From Phaeosaccion multiseriatum (Eukaryota > Protista > Ochrophyta, other classes), in contig OZ218955.1 of assembly GCA_965112735.1 (NCBI GenBank), positions 2,790,001 through 2,854,000 on the forward strand: 64,000 bases of DNA, written 5' to 3'. The number at the start of each line of letters is the position of its first letter. Within the stretch, counting starts at the first letter, position 1. Below are positions 42,014 to 64,000 of the stretch, one piece after another. A model generated the notes under the pieces. That model was given only the letters and a program-made list of their open reading frames with translations, had not been told where the DNA came from and did not search any database. The translations under genes and the position numbers were made by a program.

Positions 42014-43096
42014 TCATTTCAGTCTGGCAAACAGGGAGGCCTCTCTCCTGCTCCCTTTCTGCTCCCCCCGCCCACCCAAGAGGGGTTTGCACATATCCTC
42101 TGCAGCCCGCAGCTCCAGTCCCTCTCCCAGGCCCAGCCCCATGCGATCCGCAGCAGCCTCGACGGCCGGAACTGAAACTGAATCTGAAACTGCACCGGCC
42201 GTGAGCTGCAACTGGCTGCCGCAGCCAGAGGTCGTGCCCGTCACGGCTAGAATCAATCCCCCGGCACCAGTCGCCTTCGTCGTCGCCCCTCTCTCCCTCT
42301 TCCTCGCGCCGGCCGGATCGATCACAACGCTCTTGCTGCCACTGCTGCTAAGGTTCATCTCGCTCACGGAGAGAAGTCCGCCCCGCATGTGCAGGGGTTG
42401 GTTCTCTCCATCCTCCTCCTCCTCCTCCTCCTCCTCCTCCTCCTCCTCCTCCTCCTCCTTCCTCTCCTCCTGCTGCTCCTCCTCCTCCCCCTCCTCCTCC
42501 TCCTCCTCCTCCCTTCTCTTCTCCCACTCCAAGTCCGCTCTAACCTCCTCCAGCGCTCGACTATAGTCCCACATGGCGCTCTGTAGATAGAATGTGCACT
42601 CCTTGGGGCCGAGGCCGCTCTCGGAGCAGAGCTTCACCACCTTCACCTCTTCGTTCATGGGTTGAGATCGAGTGTGAGCCTCATCGGGGGCGAGGCGGTT
42701 TGGTACCACAAGCACTCTGGCGTGTGTGTGTGTGTGTGTGTGTGTGTGCGAAGGTGGAGGAGGGGAGGACGCGTGGGTGTGGAGAAGGGGGAGGAGGGGA
42801 GGGACGTGCAACAGATGGGGACATGTATGGGAAGAAGGGAGAGAGTGGGGGGGGGGGGGGAGGAAGGGGGAGAGGGAGAGGAAGAGGGATGGAGAGAGGA
42901 GAGAAGACAGTAGAGGAGAAGGGGGAGAGAGCAGGAGGGAGTGGAGGGGCGCCACGAGAGACAGGAAGAAGGAAGAGGTTAGGAGGAGTGTGAACATACA
43001 CCGCGTGGGACAGACGCGCACAAGGTTGACTGCAAGGAACCCTACCGTGCCTCATCAGACCTGGCAAGTCTTTGACCTCGGCCGTACCTCCCTCCC

Positions 43097-43143
<47 letters not shown>

Positions 43144-43358
43144 CCTCTTCTCCCTGATCCATCTCCGTCCCTCCTCCTCCTCTCTCTCCATCTCTGCGTC
43201 TCCCTCATCCCCCTCCTCTTCCTCCTCCTCCTCCTCCTCCCCCTCCTCCTCCTCCTCCTCCTCCTCCGCCTCCTCCTCCTCCTCCTCCTCCTCCTCCTCC
43301 TCTCTCTCTCTAGTACAAGTAATCCTCCCTCTCAAGCACCAAACAAGCCCCTGACCAC

Positions 43359-43389
<31 letters not shown>

Positions 43390-44347
43390 GCAGAGTCGGA
43401 AGTGATCTCCAAAGAACTTGTTGAGCTTCTGCAGCTCCTTCTTGCTCACACGGTAGCGCTGAGAGGTCGCGCAGGGGAGAGAGAAATGAGCATCGAGAGA
43501 CGCATTGGGAGTACAGACAGAAGTTAGTTTCTCCTCTTCCTCCAACCCTCCTCCTCCTCGTCGTCCCCCTCCCCTTCCTCCTCCTCCTCGGCCTCCTCCT
43601 CCTCCTCCTCCTCCTTCCCCTCCTCCTCCTCCTCCTCCTCCTCCTCCTCCTCCTCCTCCTCTTCCTCCTCCTCCTTCTCCTACTTCCTCGGTGTAGCGGA
43701 TGGTACCCACCATGCATATTCCTGTCAGTGTGTCCTCAGGCATTACCACATGCTCAAAGAAGGGCTGTGGTGGGGTGGGGCAGGACGAGGATGCCTGGGC
43801 CTGCGGTGAAGGGCTCCCTGCACCACACAAGACAAGAATGGGCGGGGGTGGATGAAAATGGACATGTCCGGGCGCGGGGAAGGCAGTGCGGGAGTGGGTG
43901 TGGTGGGTGATTTCCCTAGAGGAACAGCACTGGAGGAGTGCGAAAGGGCTCCATCTGGGGCTATAATCTTGATCACGCACCATCTTCAGGTGCATGCATT
44001 GGTGCGACCCCGCTCTCCACGGATCCCTGGGGACCCAGCGGCACCGCCCCTTGTGTACCTTGCAGCTCCCAGTCACCGCTGTCGAGCCTGATCCATTGCA
44101 GCCCGGGAGGGGGTGGGGGAAGTGGCTTCGAGAGTGCCTTGTAGTCTATGGGAGATTTTTGATGTCCAGCAGCAAGCAAAGGAAGAGAGGATTACAGGAA
44201 GGGCTGACATGAGGGCAGAGGGAGGGTTCAAGTTAACACTTTTCCCCTACACCCCCCCCCCCGCTCTTTCTCCCCTCTTTCTCCAGCCTGTTTCTTCTCT
44301 CTCAGTCTTCTCTATCACCCTATCTCTCTCTTCCCACCGCTCTCTCG

Positions 44348-44426
<79 letters not shown>

Positions 44427-44635
44427 TCTTTCTTTCTTTCTTCCTCCCTAGAAGGGGGCGAGGAGCGCCCCTTGGAGGCTCAGACTCTCTGGTTCTATCC
44501 CTCTATCCTTCTCTCTCCCTCTAGCTCTTTGTTCTGTTTCTTTTTTTCTCTGACTCAACTCAACTAACTCATTCACTCACCTACAACGGGAGGGAGATCG
44601 ATATGTTTTTGCCGCCGCAAACCCACGATCATCAT
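42014..44635 (-). CDS. LysM-domain protein with UBA-like helical module and acidic tail (exons 44635-44581, 44145-43981, 43817-43711, ~43458-43389, 42716-42014)
   Basis: LysM: EHVVMPEDTLTGICM|RYRVSKKELQKLN...R|VLVVP, followed by GLGPKECTFYLQSAMWDYSRAL. Splice phases are consistent. Confidence 0.8.
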
Positions 44636-44864
44636 CTTGAGGGTTCCACGCGACCCTTCAGTTCACGAATTCTCTTTCTTCTCCTCTTCAGCGCCTTCTC
44701 CTGTCCTCACGGAGCTATTGCTTTCAAAGAAACAAAGGTTTTCACGTTTGGTTTTTTTTGCCAACCTGTGATGATTCCATTTTCCCTTTTTCCTTTTTCT
44801 ATTTGCTTGCTTGCTTGGTTCGTCCTACGCCATTGCAACTCAGCCATCGCGTCGAAGTGGAGGT

Positions 44865-51175
<6,311 letters not shown>

Positions 51176-51839
51176 GAGTTTAGAGCTTCGATCGTGTCTC
51201 TCTTTGGAGTAGCCATTGGTGGATGATGGATTCAATGGATGATGGCTCGCTAAAAGTAATAAAATTTCAGTTTCTTCTTCTTTCTCCACCTCACACTTGC
51301 TTCCTCCTCCACAAGAGTGTGCTTACAACTTCTGTTTTGCCCTTCAGCCTCCAAGGTATATTGTGTGGGAATAGAGCAGGAGTGGCAAGGGTACTGGCCC
51401 CGGCACGTCGCCGGCGGCTGCGATTGCTATTGCATCAAGTCATGCGATATTGAATCTTCTGCATGTCCCGTCCAGAGCTGGCCCTCTTGCGGATGTTGTG
51501 ATGTACAGGGTAGTCGGTGCAATGCAGTAGCAGCAGCAGGCGCGAGTGTGCATTGCCTTTTTCCAGGGATCCAACCCTGATATGTGTTCTCGTGATTAGC
51601 TTTTGCCAACCTGCTTGTTGCCCCATTGTTTTCCCCAGGAGGAGTGCTCTTGCGTGTTAGTGTGTGCTTGGGAAGGACCATCGGCGCTCAAGCTATGTGC
51701 GCCACTGGACTGATCACCCCCCCTCCTCTCTCCTTGTATTACATCTGAATGTTCTATTGACTGCTCTGGCATCCCTTTTTTTTTTGTTCTGAGGATGCAA
51801 TCCCCCCCTCCATCCATCCATCCCCTCCTCCAGATAAAC

Positions 51840-54800
51840 ATGGCGACCTCTAAGCCTATGCTGGCGGTTCTCTTCCTGGCCTGGTACGGATTCAACCTTT
51901 TCTACAACATCTCCAACAAGCAGGTGTGGAGAGGAAGAAGCCCAAACCAGAACCCACTTTGTTCCAGCACACACCCTCACGAGAATTGCGAGAACCTCGG
52001 GGGGGGGGGGGGGAAGGAGGAGGAAGGATGGCACTGGGGCCAAGGCCCTTCGTGAGACTCATGAATGATAATGAGTGTGCAGATCTCCCGACAGGAACTC
52101 TACTACTCCAATTGACCACTCGTGTATGTCATGTCTGCTGCTCTCCCCCCCGTGTGCGGCTCCTCCCTCAGGTTGCCAAGGTGCTGGACCTCCCATGGAC
52201 GCTATCCGCGTGCCAGATGCTCGTAGGTGAGGGAGGGGTGAGGCCCACTTAACTGATGAGAGGGTGTGAAGGAGAGAGGGGAGGAGCTGGACATTTGCCG
52301 CCCTCTGCTTCTTCTCTGTGCCTTTTGTTTCCTTCTGTGGTTTAACTGTTGCGCACCACAAACACTACCTCCAGGCGACCCCTCCCCTCCCCTCCCCTCC
52401 CCCTTTCTGATCACTGGGGCAACACTGTTCCATCCAATTGCGACTGAAGTATCCCACTGATGGGCTTCTCTGGTCGAAGCACCACCTACCTCACCTCCGC
52501 CCCCCGCTCCCCTATGAACCCGTTCCACCTCCAACCCCCCCACCCTCTTCTTGTCCACCCCCCCCCCCTCGTTGCACCCCCACCCCCAGGCCTGCTGTAC
52601 ATCATCCCCTCGTGGATATTGGGCATGCAAAAGCCCCCCAAGCTGAGCTTCGCTGAGGCTGGAAATGTGAGCTAAACGCCCCTCCTCATCCTCTTTCTCC
52701 CCCATCCTACTCCGGCCCTCGTCCTCCTCGTCCTCCTCGTCCTGCTCGTCATCCTCGTCCTCCTCCTCGTCCTCCTCCTCGTCCTCCTCCTCCTCCTCCT
52801 CCTCCTCCTCCTCCTCCTCCTCCTCCTCCTCCTCCTCCTCATCATCATCATCATCATCCTCCTCCTTCTCCTCATCGTCCTCCTCCTCCTCCTCATCATC
52901 ATCATCGTCCTCCTCCTCCTCCTTCTCCTCGTCCTCCTTCTCTTCCTATTCTCCATAGTACTCCATCCGCGCCTCTACTTCTGCCCCTGAATCGCCCCCC
53001 TCTGCTCCGACGACCTCCACGCTCCTGACCGTTCTCTCACCCTCGCTCTCGCGGCTCTCTCTCTCACACACACACTCTCGCTCTCTCGGCTCTGTCTCCT
53101 CTCTCACTCACTCACTGTCTCCCTCTGACTCGCTCTCCTCCGCCTCTCCACTGTACTTCCCTCTCCTCTCCCCTCCTGCCCTGCCCTGGAATGCCATCAG
53201 CTGCTGCACATCGCCGTTCTCCACGCTGGCGGCCACTTGGCGGCGGTCATGAGCATGTTCGCAGGTGAGGACAGAGGGAGTAAGGTAGTGAGTGCTTATG
53301 TCAGTGAGTGAGAGAGTGAGTGCTTATGTCAGCGAGTGAGCGAGTGAGCGAGTGAGTGAGTGAGTGAGTGAGTCGAGTGACGGATCGAGGGAGGGAGGGA
53401 AAGAGACGGGGTGAGTAGGTACCAACTGGAGCTATCTTTCGTCCCTTCTCCAAGTCTCCAAGTACACGGCGGGGACGGGCGCAGCCGAGGCAGAGAGAGA
53501 GAGAGTGTAGAGCCTTCTGCCCGAAAGAGCGTTTGCTTCCCTCAATGTGCTCACTGTGCTCACTGTCTATGGGCGGTCCTGATCATTTTATGTAGTCTTA
53601 TATAGTGTTATGTACTTGCTGCCTCTCTCGGGTGCTGATCATGTTATGTACTCTTACATAGTGTTATGTACTTGCTGCCTCTCTCGGGTCCTGATCATGT
53701 TGTTTGCTGCCTCTCTCGGCCGCCCCTACACCCCCCCCCCCCTCTCTTCAATCTTGTCTCTACTCTGCCTGGTCCGGACCCACTCATCAACCAATCAATC
53801 ATGTGTTAGGCGCCGTTTCCTTCACGCACATTATTAAGGTGAGGGAGCGTGTGGTAGGGTGTGTAGGGAAATGAAGGAAAAGCTTTTCTTCTCGTGTCTC
53901 CAATTATCTTCTAGGGAGGGAGCGTTGTGGGGGGGAAATGTATGTGGAGGGAGGCGTCACCCCCCCTCCCCTCCTGCCCTGCCCTGCCCTGCCCTGCCCT
54001 GCCCTGCCCTCCCCTCCTACCGCTAGAAACATGCCTGAGACCTACCTACTACTGCCTGTCCAAATGCCTGTCCATATGTCTCCCCATATGCCTGCGCACA
54101 CGACTGACCGTACCCCTCTCCATAACCTTCTCCCCCTCACCCCCACCCGCACCCCCTTCCTCCTTCCCTCCCCCCTTCCCTTAGGCCTCGGAGCCGGTAG
54201 TGGGCACCCTCATCGGTCCTTTGTTCGGCAGCCCCATCAAACTGAACTTTGCCAACCTCTGTCTGCTGCCCATCGTGGGGGGCGTGGCCTTCGCCGCCAT
54301 GAAGCCCGGACAGGGCCTCGACCTTGCGCAGCTCGCCACCTACGCCTCCGGTGAGTGGAGGGAGTGCAGGGGGAGGAAGTGAGGGAGGGACCCACGCACA
54401 CACTTACACACACATACACACACACGCATCTTGGCCGATGATAGTACACAAAATATACGCTCTGCAGCCCTCAAGAAGGGGGCGATGTAGACTCATTTAC
54501 TCTCCAATTAGTCCTCTAGAGGCCTCGCAGATGTGTGTGTAGTTGTGTGTGTGTGTGTGTTTCAGAGTCACGCCATGTCATTGGTACCGCTGTCTGTCGT
54601 TCTGTTCTGCCCCTTGTCTCACCCAACTCTCCCCCTCCCTGTCTCTCGCCCGATCCCACGCCACCCCACCCTCACCCCCCCCCCCCCCCCACAGCCATGG
54701 CTATGGCGTCCAATGTGGCCTTCGCCTTCCGCGGCTGCTTCTCCAAGCAGGTTAGAGAAGGAGGACTGCGTGACTGGCTGACTGACTGACTGACTGACTG

Positions 54801-55090
54801 ACTGACTGAGTATGACTTTCTGACTGGCTGGCTGACTGACTGACTGACTGACTGAGAATGACTATCTGACTGGCTGACTGAGAATGACTATCTGACTGGC
54901 TGACTGACTGACTGGCTGGCTGGCTGATTGACTGACTGAGCGACCAATTGACTGGCTGACTGGCGGCCTTCCTCCCGCCCCTCTACCCTTCCTTCCTTCC
55001 TGACTGCCGTCCTGCCGTCCTCCTGCCTTACGGCCTTCCTTTCTGACCTTCCCTCCTTCCCTCCGTCCCTTCCACTCCCCGATTCACAAA

Positions 55091-55132
<42 letters not shown>

Positions 55133-55804
55133 CAGGTCATGACCCCTGCCTTCAAGACCGAGAAGAACATGACCCCCTCCAACACGTACGCCGTGCTGAC
55201 CATCATCTCCTGCTTCATCCTCGTGCCCCTGGCCTTCGTCATGGAGGGTGACCTCATCGCCGACAAGTGGGCCAAGGTGGAGGACCAGACCTTCGTGCTG
55301 AAGCAGTCGCTGCTGTGCGGGGCATGCTACTACGCTTACAACGAGATGGGCTACCGCGTGCTCGGGGAGCTTGATGCCGTGTCCACCGCCGTCGGAAACA
55401 CCATCAAGTGAGTACAATTACGGGGCATGGTGATTATATTATGTCAATGATATGTTGCATGTGGTTATGTAACGTCCCATGTTGTATGTGATGGGTGTGT
55501 GTTGATGTGTGTAGGTAGGTGTCTCTCATCTCATCTTTTCTTACCTTATCTTATCTTATCTTATCGTATCTTGTCTCTTATCCGTCCTCCTCCTCCCTCC
55601 CTCCCCTCCTTTCCTCCTCCTCCTCCCCCCCCTTCCCCCTCCTCCCCCCTCAGGCGTGTGGTGATCATGGCGGGCTCAGTGCTGCTGCTTGGCGAGGACA
55701 TGAACAGCAACAAGCTCATTGGTGCTTCTGTGGCCGTCCTCGGAACCCTGGCTTATTCCGTGGCCAAGGCCCAAGGAGCCGCACCCAAGGCCAAGGCGTC
55801 TTAA
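51840..55804 (+). CDS. TPT: Triose-phosphate/phosphate translocator family protein (plastid phosphate translocator), ~9 exons
   Basis: WYGFNLFYNISNK, HAGGHLAAV.SMFAGAVSFTHIIKASEP, AMASNVAFAFR and YNEMGYRVLGELDAVSTAVGNTIKRVVIM. Confidence 0.9.
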
Positions 55805-57048
55805 GCCAATGAAGCATGAACGAATCAATGTACCGGACTACATGAATACACGGGCATATGGGCAGCAGCAGCAGTAGCAGCGGCGGCAGCAGCAGCGGCG
55901 GTGACTTTGGTAGAAGGATGGGACGAGATTTGTGGTGTGAGGGATGGGATGACGGGCGGGAAACCGGCCAGGGGATGGACTGGCGACTACGGACGGGGCT
56001 GCTCCTCTTGCTCCTCAATGCGAGAGAGAAAAGGAAGGGAGGGGGTGAGGAGGGGAGGGAAAAGGGTGGGGGTTGAGGGCCTGGCTGGGCGGCCGCATGG
56101 CTTTACGGGTACGACAGTTGGGCGTGCGGGTACAACAAATGGCTTGCCGCTGCGGCACGAGACCATTTTGATACCGCTTTGTGCGGAGGGAGGTATGCTC
56201 GTAAGATAGAGGGGAGGTTGGGTGGTTACTGTATCGCAGGATAGGTGGGGAGGGGGCAGGACGGAAGGGGGGGGGTGACGTTAAATGAAGTGAGTGAAGA
56301 GTAGGAGGGGGGCGGGGAGGGGAAGGAGGCAGCAGTAGGTACTTAGTACTACGTATTTTTAGTTAGTTTAACTGGCGACAGTAGAGGTAGGGGACACACA
56401 CTACACACGCAATATTTTCCTTAGTATGACAGTTACTGATAGAACCACTGTGTACACCCAAACGCTGTTCGCCACTCGCCACGCCCCCCACTACCCATGA
56501 GGGCACAACGTAAGTGTAGAAAGACTTACAACCTGCTTGACGTCACCTTGCCTTCAGCGGTGGTCCTATTTCTAGCCAGTGCGATGCCGATCCCCCTTCT
56601 GTGCTGTGCGGGGAGACTCTCCAAAAGCGGTGTAGGAGCAATCGTGTGCTCTTGGCGGGTGACCGATCGGACACGCTGGTCAATGAAATGTCACCCTGGG
56701 CCGGGAGCCAACGAATGAATGACTGCACCTTCACCGCTACTGCCGAGAGCCTACAGCACAGACAGCACGAGGCACAAGCCACCCACTAGTCACCTGCGGC
56801 ATCGCATTACAATGCCTTTGTTGCACATGTCCTTTCGGAAACAGCCCTCTCACGTAAAGCAGAAGCACAAGCAGCAAGGCACCACGAAGAGCAGAGCTGG
56901 GAGCTAGGAGGTCTTTCCCATCGTGGCTTTACGGCAAGCCAGCGGGGCATCAACAGCGACGCTAAGAACGTCCTAGCTCTGCTGTTAGTGGTGCCTTGCA
57001 GCTCATGCCTGCTCCCACTGGTTTTGCTGCTGCTTGCTGCTGCTCCCG

Positions 57049-57389
57049 TCAATCCAGGTCTTCGTCGTCGAAGTCGTCCTTCAAGGGCGTGTCGGTGTAC
57101 TGGGTGTGCAGCAGGTTCTGCAGAACTTGAGCCCTCTCGTAGCCCTCCGTCAGACCGTGGCCGAACCCAGCCAAGTCCATAGACTGCGGGAGAGAGCGAG
57201 AGGGGGGGACCAGTCAGGCAAAGTCACTCCACCCCGCGTTCCTCCTCCCCAACCTCTTGCTTTGCATCTTCTCACCTCCCCATCTCCTCCTCTCCGGTCT
57301 GATCTGCGAAGCGACTGCCTATCCTGCCCCTTCATACTCGGTCCTGAAGGTCCTCCGCGCCCCATCATCATACTTGAGGGGATCATCAT
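57049..57389 (-). CDS. 82-aa acidic-tailed microprotein, COP9 signalosome subunit 9 (CSNAP)-like (exons 57389-57276, 57183-57049)
   Basis: A phase-0 GT-AG splice gives MMIPSS...GGDGE|SMDLAG...LHTQYTDTPLKDDFDDEDLD*. The F/D-rich C-terminus resembles CSNAP (recalled as ..HADFFNDFEDLFDDDDIQ). Confidence 0.5.
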
Positions 57390-58035
57390 CTTGCTTTCTG
57401 CTTGTTGCGGGGCACGCGAGCGGAACTTTTAGGCACTGGGAGGGGGGTTGGGAAATGATAATGGCGCGCACCAAGAACGCGCCGAGTCACCATATGGCAC
57501 AGCAGAGTCAGTACTACGCCGGGATGGCTTCACTCATTCTGAAGCCCCCGCATCCAAGACAGAGCAATAATATGGGGGGAGAGTTGGGGGTGGGGGGGGG
57601 TGGAGAAAGAGTATTTCCTCACCGTCGTGCATTTGCCGGTCTTTGCCTCGCCTGCCGCCGGGGCGCACCATCCTCCTCCGCTTATTGATCTTAACTAAAG
57701 ATGCGGGAACAAGCTAAACAAGGAAGCTTTGGGACAAAAGAGAGAGGAGGAAAGGTGAAAAAAAATGGGAAGGTGCACGTCAGGTGCCATCCATTCATGA
57801 CTTACGAGGCGGGCCCTAATAAAATTACTATTTCTGATTTCCCCTTTTCTCCTCGCTCTCTCTCTCTCACGATCCTCTTACACAACGCGCAGGACCGTGC
57901 GTTGAATTGATTAGCAGGTTGGCAGTGCGTGTAAGAGGACGGACGTGGAGTCCTTCAGTATTCGATCAAAAGAACGAGCCTCGTCTTTTCCCGCTTGCGC
58001 GCTCCCTCCCCCCTCTGGATACCCTCTCTGCGCCC

Positions 58036-58071
58036 ATGGCTGGTGACCGAGCCAGAGGGAGGCGACTTTGA
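58036..58071 (+). promoter_or_regulatory. Short uORF (MAGDRARGRRL*) upstream of the ODC-like gene
   Basis: cccATGG start at 58036, TGA ending at 58071, 28 nt before the in-frame main ATG at 58100. Confidence 0.4.
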
Positions 58072-58099
58072 TCGACAGTTCCCCTGCCCACACCCTTCT

Positions 58100-62658
<4,559 letters not shown>

Positions 62659-62669
62659 GTACGTGAGGG

Positions 62670-63295
62670 CATACAGCAGTTGGTCATACAGCCCCACGCT
62701 TGTACGGGCCACACTGCAGTTGGTTATACAGCCCCACGCTTGTACAGCCACACAGCAGTTGGTCATACAGCCACAGCAGTTGGTCATACAGCCACACAGC
62801 AGTTGGTCATGCAGCCTCACGCTTGTACAGGCCACACAGCAGTTGGTCATACAGCCCCACGCTTGTACAGCCACACAGCAGTTGGTCATACAGCCACAGC
62901 AGTTGGTCATACAGCCACACAGCAGTTGGTCATGCAGCCTCACGCTTGTACAGGCCACACAGCAGTTGGTCATACAGCCCCACCCTTGTACAGGCCACAC
63001 CGCAGTTGGTCATACAGCCCCACCACGCTTGTACAGGCCACACAGCAGTTGGTTATCCAGCCCCACGCCTGTACAGGCCACACTGCAGTTGGTCATACAG
63101 CCCCACGCCTGTACAGGCCACACAGCAGTTGGTCATACAGCCCCACGCTTGTACAGGCCACACCGCAGTTGGTCATACAGCCCCACGCTTGTACAGGCCA
63201 CACCGCAGTTGGTCATACAGCCTCACGCTTGTACAGGCCACACAGCAGTTGGTCATACAGCCCCACGCTTGTACAGGCCACACCGCAGTTGGTTT
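62670..63295 (+). repeat. Minisatellite, ~38-bp unit (CACAGCAGTTGGTCATACAGCCCCACGCTTGTACAGGC), ~16 copies
   Basis: Visible directly; starts just after the ODC-like stop codon and produces spurious ORFs in several frames. Confidence 0.93.
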
Positions 63296-63591
63296 CTCCA
63301 GCCACAGCCAAGGAGGACAAGGAGGGCTGAGGGGAGAGAGACGCCCGCGAGAAGGACGAGATACACGCAGGAGAGAAGGCACACACTTTGCCCCTGACAT
63401 AAATTACTCTTAATTCTATTTTTTTAGTAAAAAATTAAAAAATGTATAATTAAAGGTATTCAAGGGGGGGTTTCCCCCTTAAACTTATTACTGAGTCACA
63501 AATGGCGGTGCAGTGCGTGTGACCCAGCTGGGCCCCCGTCGTATTGAGTACAATACCGGTCGTAAGTACGCGCGCTTAACCACCTTCTCTG

Positions 63592-63632
<41 letters not shown>

Positions 63633-64000
63633 CGAACGTCAATCCTCCGCGCAGTCCCCCACACGTTTACTGTACGCCGTCCCCAGTTTATCAGGCCACC
63701 TCTTACACCCTACGCCATACGCACTCTCCTCCTCTTCCTCGCTCCTCCCTCGCCTCTCTCTCTCCCCTACTCTCTCTCTCTCCACCCTCGCCCCCCCCCC
63801 CTCTCTCTCTACGCGCGTGCCTCCTCCTCCTCCTCTCTCTACACGTTCGTCTCCTCCTCCTGCTCTCTCCACGCGCTCGCCTTCTCTTTCTCTTTCTCTT
63901 CGCGCTACGCTCGCTTCCTTTCGCTCCCTCTCCCTCTCCCTCTCTCTAGGCGGTCGCCTCCTTCACCTCTCCCTCCTTTGCCTCCCCCTCATTCCCGCCA

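Noticed and set aside
44447-44475. GC hairpin followed by CTAG on the minus strand (Helitron 3' end?)
   Set aside because: CTAG abuts the hairpin with no spacer, it is not followed by T, no 5' TC end was found, and it lies in a LysM-gene intron.
62670-63295. CRISPR-like array of ~38-bp repeats
   Set aside because: Units are directly tandem with no unique spacers, there are no cas genes, and the context is eukaryotic; it is a minisatellite.
63462-63481. AAGGGGG-loop-CCCCCTT hairpin in AT-rich DNA
   Set aside because: No CTRR end or other element hallmark; bacterial terminator logic does not apply here.

Overview
Eukaryotic nuclear DNA, GC-rich, with many GT-AG introns filled with microsatellites. 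Heterokont-type bipartite plastid presequences (for example GQA|F) and one-exon-per-LRR architecture point to a photosynthetic stramenopile (ochrophyte alga); this is an inference. I reconstructed about 14 genes by hand from splice sites and protein motifs: (1,2) a head-to-head, near-identical inverted pair of unusually large HSP20-family genes with two alpha-crystallin-like domains and HSE-like arrays between them; (3) a plastid CDP-diacylglycerol synthase; (4,5) two divergent paralogues of a claudin-like 4-TM protein flanking a ~6 kb decayed block with a ~600 bp (GAG)n tract; (6) a peroxisomal (SRL) glutamate:glyoxylate/alanine aminotransferase; (7) a globin-fold protein split by long disordered inserts and lacking the proximal His; (8) a plastid acidic protein with a NifU-C-like tail; (9) an LRR gene built from 72-bp exon cassettes; (10) a LysM protein; (11) an SVOP-like MFS transporter; (12) a TPT-family translocator with no visible presequence; (13) a CSN9/CSNAP-like microprotein; (14) an ornithine decarboxylase homologue lacking the catalytic Cys, with a triplicated PLP-lysine acceptor and a uORF. 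No rRNA, tRNA or CRISPR array was recognised. All gene models and family calls come from reading by eye, with no database searches.
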